This document shows, one piece after another, positions 32,779-45,858 of a stretch of 64,000 nucleotides of DNA. Every line of letters begins with the position of its first letter. Position 1 is the stretch's first letter. The DNA is taken from assembly GCF_036321535.1 (NCBI RefSeq), contig NC_087437.1, forward strand, positions 109,864,001-109,928,000. Reading direction: 5' to 3'. The translations under genes were made by a program, and so were the position numbers. The notes beneath the pieces are model-generated. The model did not search any database, was not told the DNA's origin, and was given only the letters and a program-made list of their open reading frames with translations. The stretch is from Camelus dromedarius (lineage: Eukaryota).

Positions 32779-34939
32779 AAAGAATATTAAGTAAAACTAA
32801 GGAAGTCTGAACAGAGGATGGCGTTTAGTTCATAATAATAAGTCAACATTGGTTCATTAATTGTGAAAAATGCAGATATCAATGCAAGCTGTTATTAATG
32901 GGGAAACTAGGTGTGGAATATATAGCACTCTCTGTACTACCTTTATAACTTCTCTGTAAATCTAAACTAATCCTAAAATAAAAGATTTATTTAAAACGTA
33001 TATTAATGAGCTAAATTATTGAAAGAGATTTGTTTATTTCATATCTTCATCAGTTTACACCACTGGTTATTGGGACTTGACTTCTTTTGTCACATAAACT
33101 ACCAGTTACTAACTTACATTTTGGTAGCATTCAGATACCGGTCTAAAACACTTGATCGTATTTACCTCGTTTCATTTTTGATGCAGCTTTCTGAGGCCAG
33201 AAGGTTTGCTTTCCTGATCAAAAGATAACTTTCAAAATGTACTCAATGTAGCCATGTCACAGAATTATTAAAAAGTGGGGCTGAGTCTATAAGCCAGCTC
33301 TTGTGACATCTTGCCCAGCATTTTTTGGTATTTACTTTAAGAAAAACTAAGCCATTGCTAAAGACGATTTATTCTTCCTTTGATTATGGACAGAGAGCAA
33401 AAAAAAAAAAAAATGTTACCATACTGCTTTTAAATGCTAAATAGCACCACTGTAGCCTGAGAAATCAATGATGATAATATACTTTCCTAGGTGACTCTTC
33501 CATATGTCACTCTGCTCACCCTCTGCTAATGAGAGCAGGGCAATTGATTGTAGCTTTTTTTATACTTTATTTCTCAGGAGATGAAGCCAATCCAGCGGGC
33601 TTCATGGTGAAAATCCCTGTTATTAATTTCCTAACATAGCACCAAGCAGTATCCAAGCGGAGAAGAATTTAACATTTGTGACAATTCAGTGGCTCTGTTT
33701 GTGATGAATAAACAGTACATGTAACCATGTCACCGGTAGATGTATTTCAGTGTCTTCATGAGTTTTGGAAGCTATTACTTCAAAAGACATATGATTTTCT
33801 GCTTTTTAGCTGATTATATAAAACCAATACATTACCAGAAATTCTAAATGATACTCTTGTGACATTACTCTTACCAACTCATGTGACTAATTTACCAGTA
33901 CTACTGAATAAAGCACTGAGAATAATTTAACCATTGTACACAATATGCATCTCTGTCAAGTTGTTTTCCTATTTAAACTCCCAGAGTGCATACTTTTCGG
34001 TAACTGGTACCATTAATATTTCTATAATACCATTTTGAAAATAACTTTAGCATATTTTTCTCAGTTGCAGAAGAGTTGATGGAATTTCAACACACACTAA
34101 TTTATGATGAGGGACTGACTCACACATACATTTTACTCGACAGTCACTGAGAGCTTTCCCACATCTACACCCCACCAGGTTTACTGAGCAGTTTTTATGC
34201 TTTTAATTATAGTGGCCACTTGAAAACTCAACGACAAGATTACACAAGTTTAATTACCTGCCATCGCTGAGAGCCATGATAAGGAAGAATAAGCCCCAAG
34301 TACCGTCCTGCTCACTGGGAGCCTGGGAGCCACCACTGAATGAGGTTTAATTCTTTCTAGCCCTATGCCCGTGGAAGCCTCAGAATCAGGGCTTGAGAGT
34401 GGCTTTAATCAGTGTAGTTCATAAATGATTAAAAAAAAGTTTTATAACCAACACCAACATCCAGAAGGACCCATAGAAAATATTACAACATGGTACATGG
34501 CACAATTTTTTGAAAGTTAATAAATACTTGCTAAGTGAATCAATGAAGAATTCAAAAAATCACTCAGCTTACATTTGCCATTATTTATCAAGTGGATAGA
34601 GCTCTCTCATTAATTAAAAATACTGTAAGCTCCCTATAATAAACTAAAAAACAATGTAACAGAAGCCATATTTGCAGCACTTGGAAAAGCACGCTTATTA
34701 GGGGTTAGAGCAAGCATTAGCTCATATGCTGGAAGACGTATGAACAAAAACTCAGTTAAAGATGATGTTGTCCAGGAGCACCTTGAAACAACTAGTACAG
34801 AAAAAGTCTTTCTCTCTCTCTCTCTCTGTCTCTGTCTCTCTCTGTCTACTGATCTTCCTATCTTTGGAAGAGTTTTACAAGAAATAACAGATGGAGAGAC
34901 ATTTTTAGCCAGAACTCTCAATCCTAATATTGATTCTAC

Positions 34940-35544
34940 TTAATCAAACTTATTGGAAGATGAATAATGCCAGGTGCTCCAGAGAGGATACAAGCATCAG
35001 AAATTACCTGATACATGAGGCAGAGGTCTAAAGTTACTGGACCATAAGCTTAGTGTTTGGCCTCTGCTATACACCTAGTCAGTGACTGCAGCAACAGGAA
35101 TCATAGGTCAAAGGGAATCCACTACCAGACGTATATTTGAGGGGCTAGAAGACATAGAAGAGGAAGGTCGGGGAGTGGCAGCTGTCAACCTTGGGAATTT
35201 TCAGCATCTGGCGTATGTTGGTGGATGAGCACCAGAAGCACAGGCTAGAGCAGGAATGAAGTCAGTTTCTGCAGAGTCTGGACATGGGCAATCAGGAGAA
35301 AGGTATCAGTAGGTTCCACAGCTTCTGGGCCCACAGCTGGCTGGCTGGCAGCTGGTGGTGGGTGCACCACAGTGCTCTCAGCAGTGGTCCAGGAGCCAGG
35401 CTGGCAACCACTCATTAAGCAGAGGTCACCTCCACAGATCACTCCTCCAGAGCAGAGAACAACAGATAAGGAGAAAGGAGCATAGCAATGACTCCCCAAA
35501 GAGCAGGGGCTGTCATTTCCAGAGTGGTGGTGGTTGAAAGACAT
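34940..35544 (-). pseudogene. Unassigned KAP25/KAP26-like (PMG-type) pseudogene
   Basis: ATG at 35542-35544: MSFNHHHSGNDSPCSLGSHCYAPFSLSVVLCSGGVICGGDLCLMSGCQ. A frameshift at 35399-35400 leads to WLLDHC*EHCGAPTTSCQPASCGPRSCGTY* (TGA at 35378-35380). Later fragments SCHSPTFLFYVF*PLKYTSGSGFPLTYDSC and SRGQTLSLWSSNFRPLPHVSGNF* parallel KAP25-type decapeptide repeats. 3' end approximate. Confidence 0.85.
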
Positions 35545-38500
35545 GAAGTTCACAGTTTCAGAAGAGTGATGGAAACTTTCTCAAATTTGACTTTCTCAAG
35601 TGCAACCATCTCCTTCTTGGTACATGCTCTTTATGATCTTATTGCTTCCTGGCAGTTCCATACACATACTCACTTGTCTTGCTGATTTTTTTTTCACCTG
35701 ATGGCATTTTATTAATAGTTGTTTAGATGCCAATGAAAATATCCTCCAACCTTCTCATAAAATTTAACCTGTACTTTTCAAACACTCCTGTCCCAGACAC
35801 TGACCTTCTTTCCTATTGCTTCCAGCAAAGTATGAGGGTCATAAGTAGCTGGCATGGAATTCCTTCTCCAGGATATGGTGCAAAAGGGGAGGGAGAACAT
35901 AATAAGTGTTCTTATCCATAAGTTGTGGGTACAACACACCAAAGAATAGGCTAGTAGCTCATGAAGCAAGAATGAAGTTTTCTGACCTGGAACTCTTCAC
36001 AATTTTGGTTGTCAGCAAAATGGGAAAAATATACACAAGTGGTGGGGTTTTATAAACTGAACCTTTCAAAATAAATTATTGCGCTTACTCTAAAATTATA
36101 TCCAGATTATACCTACATGTTAATTTTCCCATTAAAAATAATCCTGAGTAAAATTCAGATTAATTGGAATACTCACCACTTGAGGTATAGTGGTTTCCAA
36201 AAACCTGAGAGCTTTGGCAAATGTTTTGTTTCCCATAACAAAAGATTTGTTTAGAGGCTGCTCATCTTTCTGTTTTAATCCTATTCAGTTTATCATTTTA
36301 TAAAAACATTCTAACCTAATCACATCACAATACATTTTGAAGGCTTTTTGATACGTGTTTCCAAATTCACACTGTTAGTACAGTGAGTGAGACCTCACCA
36401 AAACCTCAGCAACACTGGATATTGTCACCATTACTTAATTTTGCCAATTTGATATGGAAAATAACAGTTTATTATTAATCTAAAATGCATTTTTAGATGA
36501 CTGGTGAGGTTTCCTGTTTTGGTATATTTTAATTAATTGTTTAGCTTTCTAGTTTTTAAGTCCTGATGGTTAATTGTAACATAATTTGTTAAGAACATTT
36601 CATACGATGAGATTTTATTCTAAGAATCCAGAAAAATATAAGCATCTAAAAAGGATAGTTTAGACTGACTCTTTATTGCCAAACAAAACTCTACTTTGAA
36701 AAATACGGTGAGTTTTTAGAGAAAAAAATAAAGCAGATTGCTGGACTTAACACTTGTAGGCTCATATTAAGAGAGTTGTAGATGGACCCAAGAATGTGGT
36801 TTACTTTGCAGATGTCTACAAAGCCTGGATAGGGATCCACTGCACAAGAAAATCCCTTAGGCATCCACCGAATCTCAAAGTCACTGACTAGCTGTCCCTA
36901 CATAAAATGAAAACAATCTTACTGCATTCCAGAAGTTCTTAAGACAGAAACTCTTGAAAAAAGCCCATTGCCATGCAACTTTCTGCAAATTTTATCTTTT
37001 CCAGAAAATACTTCCCAACTCCAAACACAGATCAAATTGCTTTGACATTTGGTGAATAGATTGCAGAGTAACACGTTGGACTGAAGCTTTATTAGAATTC
37101 TGTTTTCAGATGCCAAAACATTCACCTGGTAACTAAACTTCCTGTTTAGAGTTATGCAAATAAACTGTGGTCATCACCTAGGCTCGTGCCCAGCAGATAA
37201 TAACAACTCAGAAATATTTGTTGAGTAAATGATATTGTATGAACATATTTGGAGATACAATTTTAAACAAAGATATGAAACTGTAGTTTCACCCACCTAA
37301 TTTCAGATTCTACGCCTGGGAGATCGTTTTTGCTCTTTCTCAAGTCCTTCCTATCTTTGTCTTTCTCCTTCTTTTCCACCCTCTCCCCACACAACTAGAA
37401 AATAATAGAATTGCTGTGAGTTACTACACTGGTTCATCCTGATAATAAATAGAGTAATAGAGAATAGATTTTTCTACAAGAAACAAGACATCAAGTATGC
37501 TTTAAAATATAGCAGCTTTTTCGCCTTGCAGTCAAGAAAGTTCTACAACCAATTCATAAATTTGTATTACAGATATTTCTTGCAGGTCATCATCGCCTCC
37601 AGAGATGTGGCTTGTGCTGACTTGACAATACCAGATATTTATCAACCAATAAGAATTCATAAAGAAAAGGGAAAGTACTCTTCTATTTTAATGGAGAATG
37701 AAGGCTCATGAATACAACTGCTGTTAGCACAGACAGAAACAGGCAATGTGTTATGTGTGGGCCACATTATGTTTCCTTGTGTGTTCTTTCTTTTCCACTA
37801 CGTAGTTAGATCTGACAATGATCTGTTTACGTTGGGAACCAGAGATGGTTGGTACTTGCATATGGAATTAAAAAGACTAGAAAGATGGAGAGACAGCAAA
37901 ATATTTTGTGTGACCTCTCAGGTGGCCCCTGAAACCATTGACCTCAAGTGCCTAGACAAAGCTAAATTGCTCCTCTGAAGGTTCTGTGCACAATTCCATT
38001 TCTTTGGATCATGGAAATAAAAAGACTTTTAACATTTTCAGTAAGGCTCTGGTTTGAATTCACAAGAAAACCTAGTCCATGGTTGATTTTCCTTACTTAA
38101 GTATGTCCTGTAGTGCAATCTTTATAATCATTCCTTTAATTTCAAAATAACTGCCACAAGATGCAAATAATCAAAGAATCAAATTTATTATTTTGAGATT
38201 TTTTTTTGAGAGAATAGTAGACAATTGTGGAGGAAATACAGAACCAAGACACCTGTGATCCAGTACTCACTAGGAGTTAGGAAACTTTGCAAGCTCATGT
38301 CTATGGTCAGCTGACTAGAGTCAAACAGATACATCAAACATGATAAGAAACTTGTGCGTATGGAATTAGGAGCTTCTAAAACTGAATGTTCTATTGCTCT
38401 CAATTTTCCTATAGGCCTATTTTCTAGAATCATTTGAATGCAAAAGTCTCTGTTCAAAAAACATGTTACATTTTGCTAGATAATTTGACATACACATTGT

Positions 38501-39687
38501 GGTAGAGCTGATCAGTGTGGCTATAATTAAGAAAGCAAAACAAAAACTATTCCATATTGCACTTGTCCACAGGTCAAATTTTACAAGTTTGACACTATTA
38601 TGTGTTCTGAAATAAGGCATTAAATAGTCATAAGGTGTTGATTATTAACTTCCCGTTTAGATGAATTTACATGAGACTTTAAGAAATTTTCTAATAGGAT
38701 TAGATTTTTGAAGGAATCATAAAGATTAATGATCCTATAACTAGATTAAATTACCATAGAAAGTATGTTTGGATTTGTTTTCTAATACTGAAAAATCCCA
38801 GCATCTGATTGAAACATCTGTATACCAGAAGTCCAATTTGCAGCATTGTTTCTCTACATTCAACTGAGGGACTTTCATTAGAACGACTTGTTTGACACTA
38901 CACTGTCTACACAGAAATACCGTTCGTCACTCCCCCCGTTGGTATATGATCCTGGAGGATTTTCTGTATTCATCCTGCAGTCTCTCACTGGCAGCATTGT
39001 TTATGCATGACACATTATATAGGTTCCTTGTGGGCAGTAAACTGCCTTCTCCTGACATCCTGGAATGTCAGATGTCACATAAAGGGCACTCAGCCACTTG
39101 GAAAAGATCATTGTTTTCCACAATATAAAAATATTAGAGGGCACATAGGACCCACAGGATTTTTCCTAATTAACCCTATTCAAAAAGGCAATTGCTAGAT
39201 ACTTCACAGTATAATTAACCTCACGTATTTTGTAAGCAGATCTTTAGTTTTTATTTTTAGATATTTCCCAGCACAGGTCAGATAAGTAGGACATAAAGCA
39301 ACCTGCTTTCATTTCACTGCACAACCCAAACTTTGAGAATCTATATGCACAATAAAAAATAGAAAATGATCCTGGTGAACACACTAGCAATAATGACATA
39401 AACATGACAAAAGAGTGCATTTAAATATGCTGAGCAAGTTCTATACAAAAAAGTAACTCAATCATTAAAAAGGAGCAGAGCTATACAAATAATTTGAGAA
39501 GAGAAAAGTCCTTGGACCTTGAACAAGGTCAAGCAAATATTTAGTCACTCTCATGATAAATATGTCAGAACAGTTGCAGAATTAAAAATATTTTCTTTTA
39601 GTTATTTCTTTTGAAGCTTATAATTAGGGTTACTTTGACATCTCAATGTATACTTTTTGTGATTTGTTAACCTTCAAAAAATGAGCA

Positions 39688-40082
39688 TTCTAAGTGAAGT
39701 AAGCCAGAAAGAGAAAGAAAAATACTATATGGTATCACTTATACGTGGAATCTTAAAAAAAGAAAGGACAAACTTATTTATAAAATAGAAGCAGACTGAT
39801 AGACATAGAAAACAAACTCATGGGTACCAGGTGGGGAAGGTGGTAGGAAGAGATAAATTGGGAGTTCGAGATTTGCAGATACTAACTAATATATATACAA
39901 TAGATAAATAATAAGTTTATACTGTATAGCACATGGAACCATATTCAATATCTTGTAGTAACTTATGCGAAAAAGAATATGAACAGGAATATATGTATGT
40001 TCATGTATGACTGAAGTATTGTACTGTACCCCAGAAATTGACACAACATTGTAAACTGATTATACTTCAATAAAAATATATT
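39688..40082 (+). mobile_element. 5'-truncated L1 3' end with 12-bp TSD
   Basis: ttctaagtgaagtaagccagaaagagaaagaaaaatactatatggtatcacttatacgtggaatc...ttgtaaactgattatacttcaataaaa. TSD AAAAAATGAGCA at 39676-39687 and 40083-40094. Confidence 0.9.
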
Positions 40083-41529
40083 AAAAAATGAGCAAGATGT
40101 TTGTAAGGTATTGGTTGAGTAGCTTTCTACTGAAGGTTGATAACCAGGACGGTCAAAAATGGAAGATGTTGGACATGGCAAGAGAAAAGTAATCATATGT
40201 CTTAATTTGGCTAGGAAGGGCATCTCCGTATCTTGTACTATTATCTCAAATTTACTATGCTTCTGGTTTCTATTGGTTTAAGAGTTACACATATTATATA
40301 TTCTTCTGTCCTTTGGAGCTATCTCAAAGTTCAAGCTCTGCTGTTCTGTTCTTACTCAGCTGATGAAATAAATGCATGAATAAGAGTAACAGATGATGTT
40401 AAAACACCTAGAGGAAAATATTTTTGTTTATCCCTCAATGGCTGCTGACACATTCCATGAAGCAAAAATTCTCAACCAGACCCCTCACTCCTCCTTAGAG
40501 GTGTGTACCTTAAAAAAACCTTAGGTCAGACCTGGAGTCACTCCAGTGAAACCTTAGATTAATGACCGATTAACAAATACTAAAACAAAATACAGCCACA
40601 AATTATTTTTGAAGATCGTGTTGTGAGAGAATCAGTCTTCTGCAATCTGAACCACCTTGGGTCTTACTGCCTCAGCAAGGTGCTGTGATTCATGGTAAGT
40701 ATAGATTCATCTCTAATTGGACGCCCATCTGGCTGTATTTACTCTATTTTTGGAAAACCACCACTGTTTGTTAAACACATTTTAAACATACCTGAGAGAG
40801 CTGATGACCCAGTTGCTGGCAACAATGTCTAATCTACTGAATATATTGATCAGTTCTGTACTACTCTCAACTTCCTCACTGCCTTCCACCCACATGAGTC
40901 TCCTCTTGTTCTGAAGAGTCGCCATGTCTGTGTCTTTGATCTTGTTCTTCCTGCCTAGAACACACCTGCCTCAACAGGGTGCCCTCGTCCTAACCCTTCT
41001 AGCTGCAGTTCCTATGTCATCCTTTAAAGGACAAAATGCTTCTGACCTTGTAGAAAGTAGATCTCTCCTCCTGTTTATAATACTACTTCCTTCCCTTTAT
41101 TCTGCCTTATACACTCCAATGTTATCATATCTGTATCAGTGTTTCCAGTTTATCTTGTCACTCCTGCAGATAGCGTGTCAGCTCCATAAAGGAAGGGATA
41201 CTGTCTTAGTTACCACTGTATCTCCAACACCCTTTACACAAGTTGGCACATAATAGAAATTCCTTATTATTTACTGAACAATTATGCACACTGAAATAAC
41301 TTTGAATTATACAAATGTGTTAATCAAATGGTACACTGAAACATTTATTGAGTTGTAAATCTGAAATAGTTCTTTTATTTAAATAGGTTTTCTCAAACAT
41401 TTCAGGGAATATATTTTTTTAAAGGCAAGAGACCAGTGTAGTGATTTAAATGATGAAGGGAGCCATGACTAAGTAGTCGTATTACTGTGTACATTTCTTT
41501 TGGATCAATTAAGGATAAGGGAAATTAGA

Positions 41530-42290
41530 GAGTCTATTTCTCCACTGTCCAGCCTATCTTTATTAGGTGCTGAGCTTCTGACATAAATAATTTCCTTCTT
41601 GCTGAAGAATTTCTAGCATTCTTTGCAGGAATCTTCTGTTAGCAATCAATTTCCCAGGTTTTGTTTGCCTGAGAACATCTTTATTCTCTTTCACTTCTGA
41701 GATCAATTCTGTTGGATATAGGCTTTTAGGTGAGTGGAGTTTTTTTGTTTGTTTTCTTTCAACAATTACAAGTATGTTATACCTTTTGAAATTGTCCCTC
41801 AGNNNNNNNNNNNNNNNNNNNNNNNNNNNNNNNNNNNNNNNNNNNNNNNNNNNNNNNNNNNNNNNNNNNNNNNNNNNNNNNNNNNNNNNNNNNNNNNNNN
41901 NNNNNNNNNNNNNNNNNNNNNNNNNNNNNNNNNNNNNNNNNNNNNNNNNNNNNNNNNNNNNNNNNNNNNNNNNNNNNNNNNNNNNNNNNNNNNNNNNNNT
42001 TTTATTCTAGTCTTTTAAATTCTTTCTTCAAATTTCTATCTCTGTGCTTGCATTAGCCATGTGTTGTTGTATGTTGTCTACCTTTTCCATTGGAGCTCTG
42101 AACCTAATAATCAGAGTTATTTTAATTTACCTGTCTCATAATTCCAACATCTATGTCATATCTGAATCTAATTTTGATGCTTATTTGTTCTCTAGGGAAC
42201 ACATTTGTTATTGCCTTTTGGTGTGGTGCATAACTTTGTTGAAAATCAGACATGTGTAGGGTGATAGGAACTGAGGTAAATAGGCCAGGG
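41530..42290 (-). mobile_element. Old L1 fragment spanning an assembly gap
   Basis: ttccttcttgctgaagaatttctagcattctttgcagg...ttttgtttgcctgagaacatctttattctctttcacttctga...gctctgaacctaataatcagagttattttaaat are typical antisense L1M sequences. Boundaries approximate. Confidence 0.65.
41803..41999. other. Assembly gap (197 N)
   Basis: Run of N inside an L1 relic. Confidence 0.98.
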
Positions 42291-43214
42291 TTAATCACAA
42301 TCAACACATTAGTGCTTTGATATTAATTAAAAAATTAAATTTTGTTGTGAAAAAAGAGCTTAAATACCTATTTTCCACTTATTTTAGCCATAAGAAATAT
42401 ACCTATGAAGCTAGAAGTCAATAAATATCAACTAATGTATTGATCTGGAATAAACTGACTAAACTAAATAAATTTTTGTACTATAATCATAATATAGTGT
42501 GCTAGAGAAACACAGACTTTGAGAAAACTTGGAAATAAATCTCAGATAGTAATTTACAATCTATGATCTTAGCTGAATTAGGATCAATTATCACCACCTT
42601 CTGGATATTAAGGTAATTAAATTAATTAAATAAGAAACATGATCCATAATTGGCAAAACAAAATTATCACATGTGGGCTAATGTATAAATGTTAATAGCA
42701 TATAGAATTTCCCTAAATTTCCAGATCTTAGAATTCTGAACTATGGGGAGATGAGGAGTGAATTCTTTTCTCTAGCCCACCTTAAGACAACAACATGGAA
42801 TAAAATTTCAAAGGGGGAAAAATGCACCATGTAGAATTTCTTGTCAGTACTATCCTAAATCTAAATACCACTTTCCCTAAATTTCACAACCATCTGACCC
42901 AAAATCTAATTTACTTAAACTCAAATCAACAAACATTTCCAGAAAACCTGGTCATATATTGACCAAAGGCAGCCTTCAAAGAGCTTCAAGTCTGGAGAAG
43001 AGTTCAGAAATGCAAATAAAACAATGAAAAATCAAGCACAATATTGATGTAAGAATAGCCAAATACTGAATAGAACAGAATGAAGAGTCTAGGTATTGAC
43101 ACATCCATTTTATACTTACTTGATTCATGTACCAAGAGCACTGAACTGTATTGCAGTAGAAAAAGGAGTAACTTTTCCTAGTACTGGATCTCCTGGAATT
43201 TTGGCCCCTAGTAC

Positions 43215-43265
43215 ATAACACACTCACACTCACTCACACACTCACACACACACACACACTCACAT
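43215..43265. repeat. (CA)n/(CACT)n microsatellite
   Basis: acacactcacactcactcacacactcacacacacacacacactcacatc. Confidence 0.9.
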
Positions 43266-43359
43266 CAATTTTACATTGATGGTATACTTAAATGTTGAAT
43301 AGAAGACAAAAAAGTTTTCTGAAGTTACCATATAGTATCTTCATTAATTTCCTTAAAAA

Positions 43360-44320
43360 AGACAAAAAAAGTACTAACCATAAATAAAAGATTGATAATT
43401 GGGCTTAAGTAAGGAACTTGTGTCAACCTAAAGATATCATTACATGAAAAAGCAGGCAGTGACATGGAAGAAGATACTCAAAAATATATATGTTTATATA
43501 TATACCCAACGAAGAGCTAATGTATGCACTACATAAGGAATTCTTTCTATCCTAAAAAAAAGACATACCAAATAAAAACATAACCTAGGAACCTGAATGG
43601 CTACTTTTTCATTTAAAAAAAAAGTGATGTTCAAATGGTTAGGAAGCATTTAAAAAATTTTCTCAACCTGATGAATCATCGAAATTCCAAATCAAACCAA
43701 CATTTGTTATAACTATATACTCACTAGAATAGCTAAACTTAAAACGACTGACAATTATAAATATTGATAAGGATGCAAGAAAAACTGGAATTTGTATGCT
43801 CTTGATAGCAGAAATCAATATTGGTATAACAATAGGGCATAACTTTGTTGTGGCATAAAATAAAGCTGAACAGAAACGTTTCATACAATTTGCCAACTCT
43901 ACTCATATTACCCAATAGAAATATCTCCATTTACACATAAAAGATAAGTACAAGAACAGAAGAGTATTTTATACATCATTTCTAATAAAGCCAAACTGGA
44001 AACAACCCTTCTGATCAGCAATAGCAGAATGGATAAATATATTTTGTTGTTTTAGTATCTTAACTATTACACATAAAGGATAATAAACAGACTACTGGTG
44101 TATATATAACAACCAGGAAGAATCTCACAAACACAATATTTAGTTTAAACAAGCCCAAGACAAATGGGCAGATATGATATAATTTCATTTTAAAGTTCAA
44201 GAGCAGGCAGAACTAAGATTAGATGTTAGAGTAGTAGTGGTTACTTCTATGGGGTAATAATTTGTGTACAAATTCATATGTATTTCACATTTCATCTAAA
44301 ATCTCACTCAACATTATTTT
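43360..44320 (+). mobile_element. Ancient L1 (L1ME/MD-type) ORF2 end and 3'UTR
   Basis: aaagattgataattgggct...gacatggaagaagatactc...actagaatagctaaacttaaaacgactgacaat...aataaagccaaactggaaacaaccc...gaatctcacaaacacaat are degenerate L1M motifs. Boundaries approximate. Confidence 0.7.
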
Positions 44321-45613
44321 AAAAATAATCAGTTCAACAAAATCAGCAATAGAAACATGTCTGTGATAAAAGGAAGGCTAAGTCAAGTTGTGATTTATTC
44401 ATTAGTGTAAGGGGCGGGAGAAGACCTGGGAAAATCTTCAAAAAGTAAAGGATGTAGAAGTCACAAAATCAAGACATCTGGGTGACCCAGACAAGTAAGG
44501 CAAAATAATGAACTAGAATGGATTTTGAAAGAGCAGCATGAACACAATGATAAGAGGAACCAGCATTCAGCTTCAGCGTCAGGAAGTCCATCAGGAGAGC
44601 TGGGTTCTGAAGACTAGAGAAGGCGCATTCCTTCTCTAAAGGGAACAGCTATTAGTCAGCACCTAGAGATCATTGTCTTCTTTGCATGATGACACGGTTT
44701 CTAGATATTACCGTTCCTCAAGAAGGGGAACGTTGATGACTTTACACTCTAGCTTTATTTTATTATGTGAACTATATACCCTTACACATTTTATGTTGAA
44801 TGAGGGGAAAACGTACCATTAATAGAGATCTACCCCGTAGTATATGATTTCTGGTAAATACTGAGTGAGGGAGTTCAAATTTGTCTTATTCATCTCAGTA
44901 TCTCTTGCAACTGGCACAGGATGGCTTGAGATGTAGTAGGTAAATCATAAAATTTTTGCTGAATAGATCAACAGTTTAATAAAGTTGGGCTGCATTTTTA
45001 AAAGTGAATATGAATTTTCAAGGTAGGTAGATCAGAAGTTCATCCTGATCTTGATGATGACACATACAAAAGGCTGGATGCTTATAAAAAGCAGCATGTG
45101 TGAGGAATTATGTATAAGTCAGAATCCTAGGAGCTTAGAATTTGCAATATCGAGGAGAGGAACCCGAAAAGGTGGGAGGGAGAAGGACAATGAAAAAAAA
45201 AAAACAAGTATCATGATAAAGGGCTTTTATTTTCATTTTACAGGAAAAGATCTTAGGAAGCCGTCAAGGCTTAAGAGGAATGAAATATGATTCAGTCTGC
45301 AATTAGAAAGGACAAGTGGATGTATGTTCATCAGAAAAGACAGATAAGGAGATCATTCCGAATCTTGCCTTTTTAAAATAACTTCCACCAAGGGATTTTT
45401 GGGTCTCTCAAGTACCTATCATCAGAGCTCTAGAAAGCAGCTTGAGGAGTGAAGCATCAAGCTCCTCCCCGGCTGTGAGGAAAGAACACGTGGTTGAGCG
45501 CACCATATCCTACTGGCTTCTCCCGCAAGCAGTCGAAGTTGGTCATGTGTGTGTTAAACTAAAAAATGAAAGACAAACTGAAGAACCAGATTCTTAATTC
45601 TGATTTAAGCTCA

Positions 45614-45619
45614 TTTATT
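45614..45619 (-). terminator. Candidate polyadenylation signal of KRTAP26-1
   Basis: TTTATT on + is AATAAA on the minus strand, about 240 nt downstream of the stop. Confidence 0.6.
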
Positions 45620-45858
45620 ACAATGCAAACCAAATAAATTCTTCCCACACCTAGGTGACACTAAACAGTATTGTACGCCAAATAATTTTAGGTCAAGGAG
45701 AGATGAAAAAAGATAAACATGTGGAAGGAGCAACTTGTCTTAGATCAGGCACAGGAAAATCAAGGAAAAGTAGTCACTGCTGGGAAAGAAGCAAAAATCC
45801 ATGGAGTCTGAATTTCTGCCTTTCATCCTTAGCATGATTATTAGCTGGAACAAGGAAG

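Larger units (their letters stand above)
31100..33000 (+). mobile_element. Ancient L1MC-type 3' end, interrupted by a younger L1
   Basis: ...gatcaaggttaacatgaataatgataagtcatgttgat...gaatgggatcctggaactgaaaaagaacatta [insertion] agtaaaactaagg...ctctgtaaatctaaactaatcctaaaataaaagatttatttaaa resembles the recalled L1MC3/4 3'UTR. 5' boundary approximate. Confidence 0.7.
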
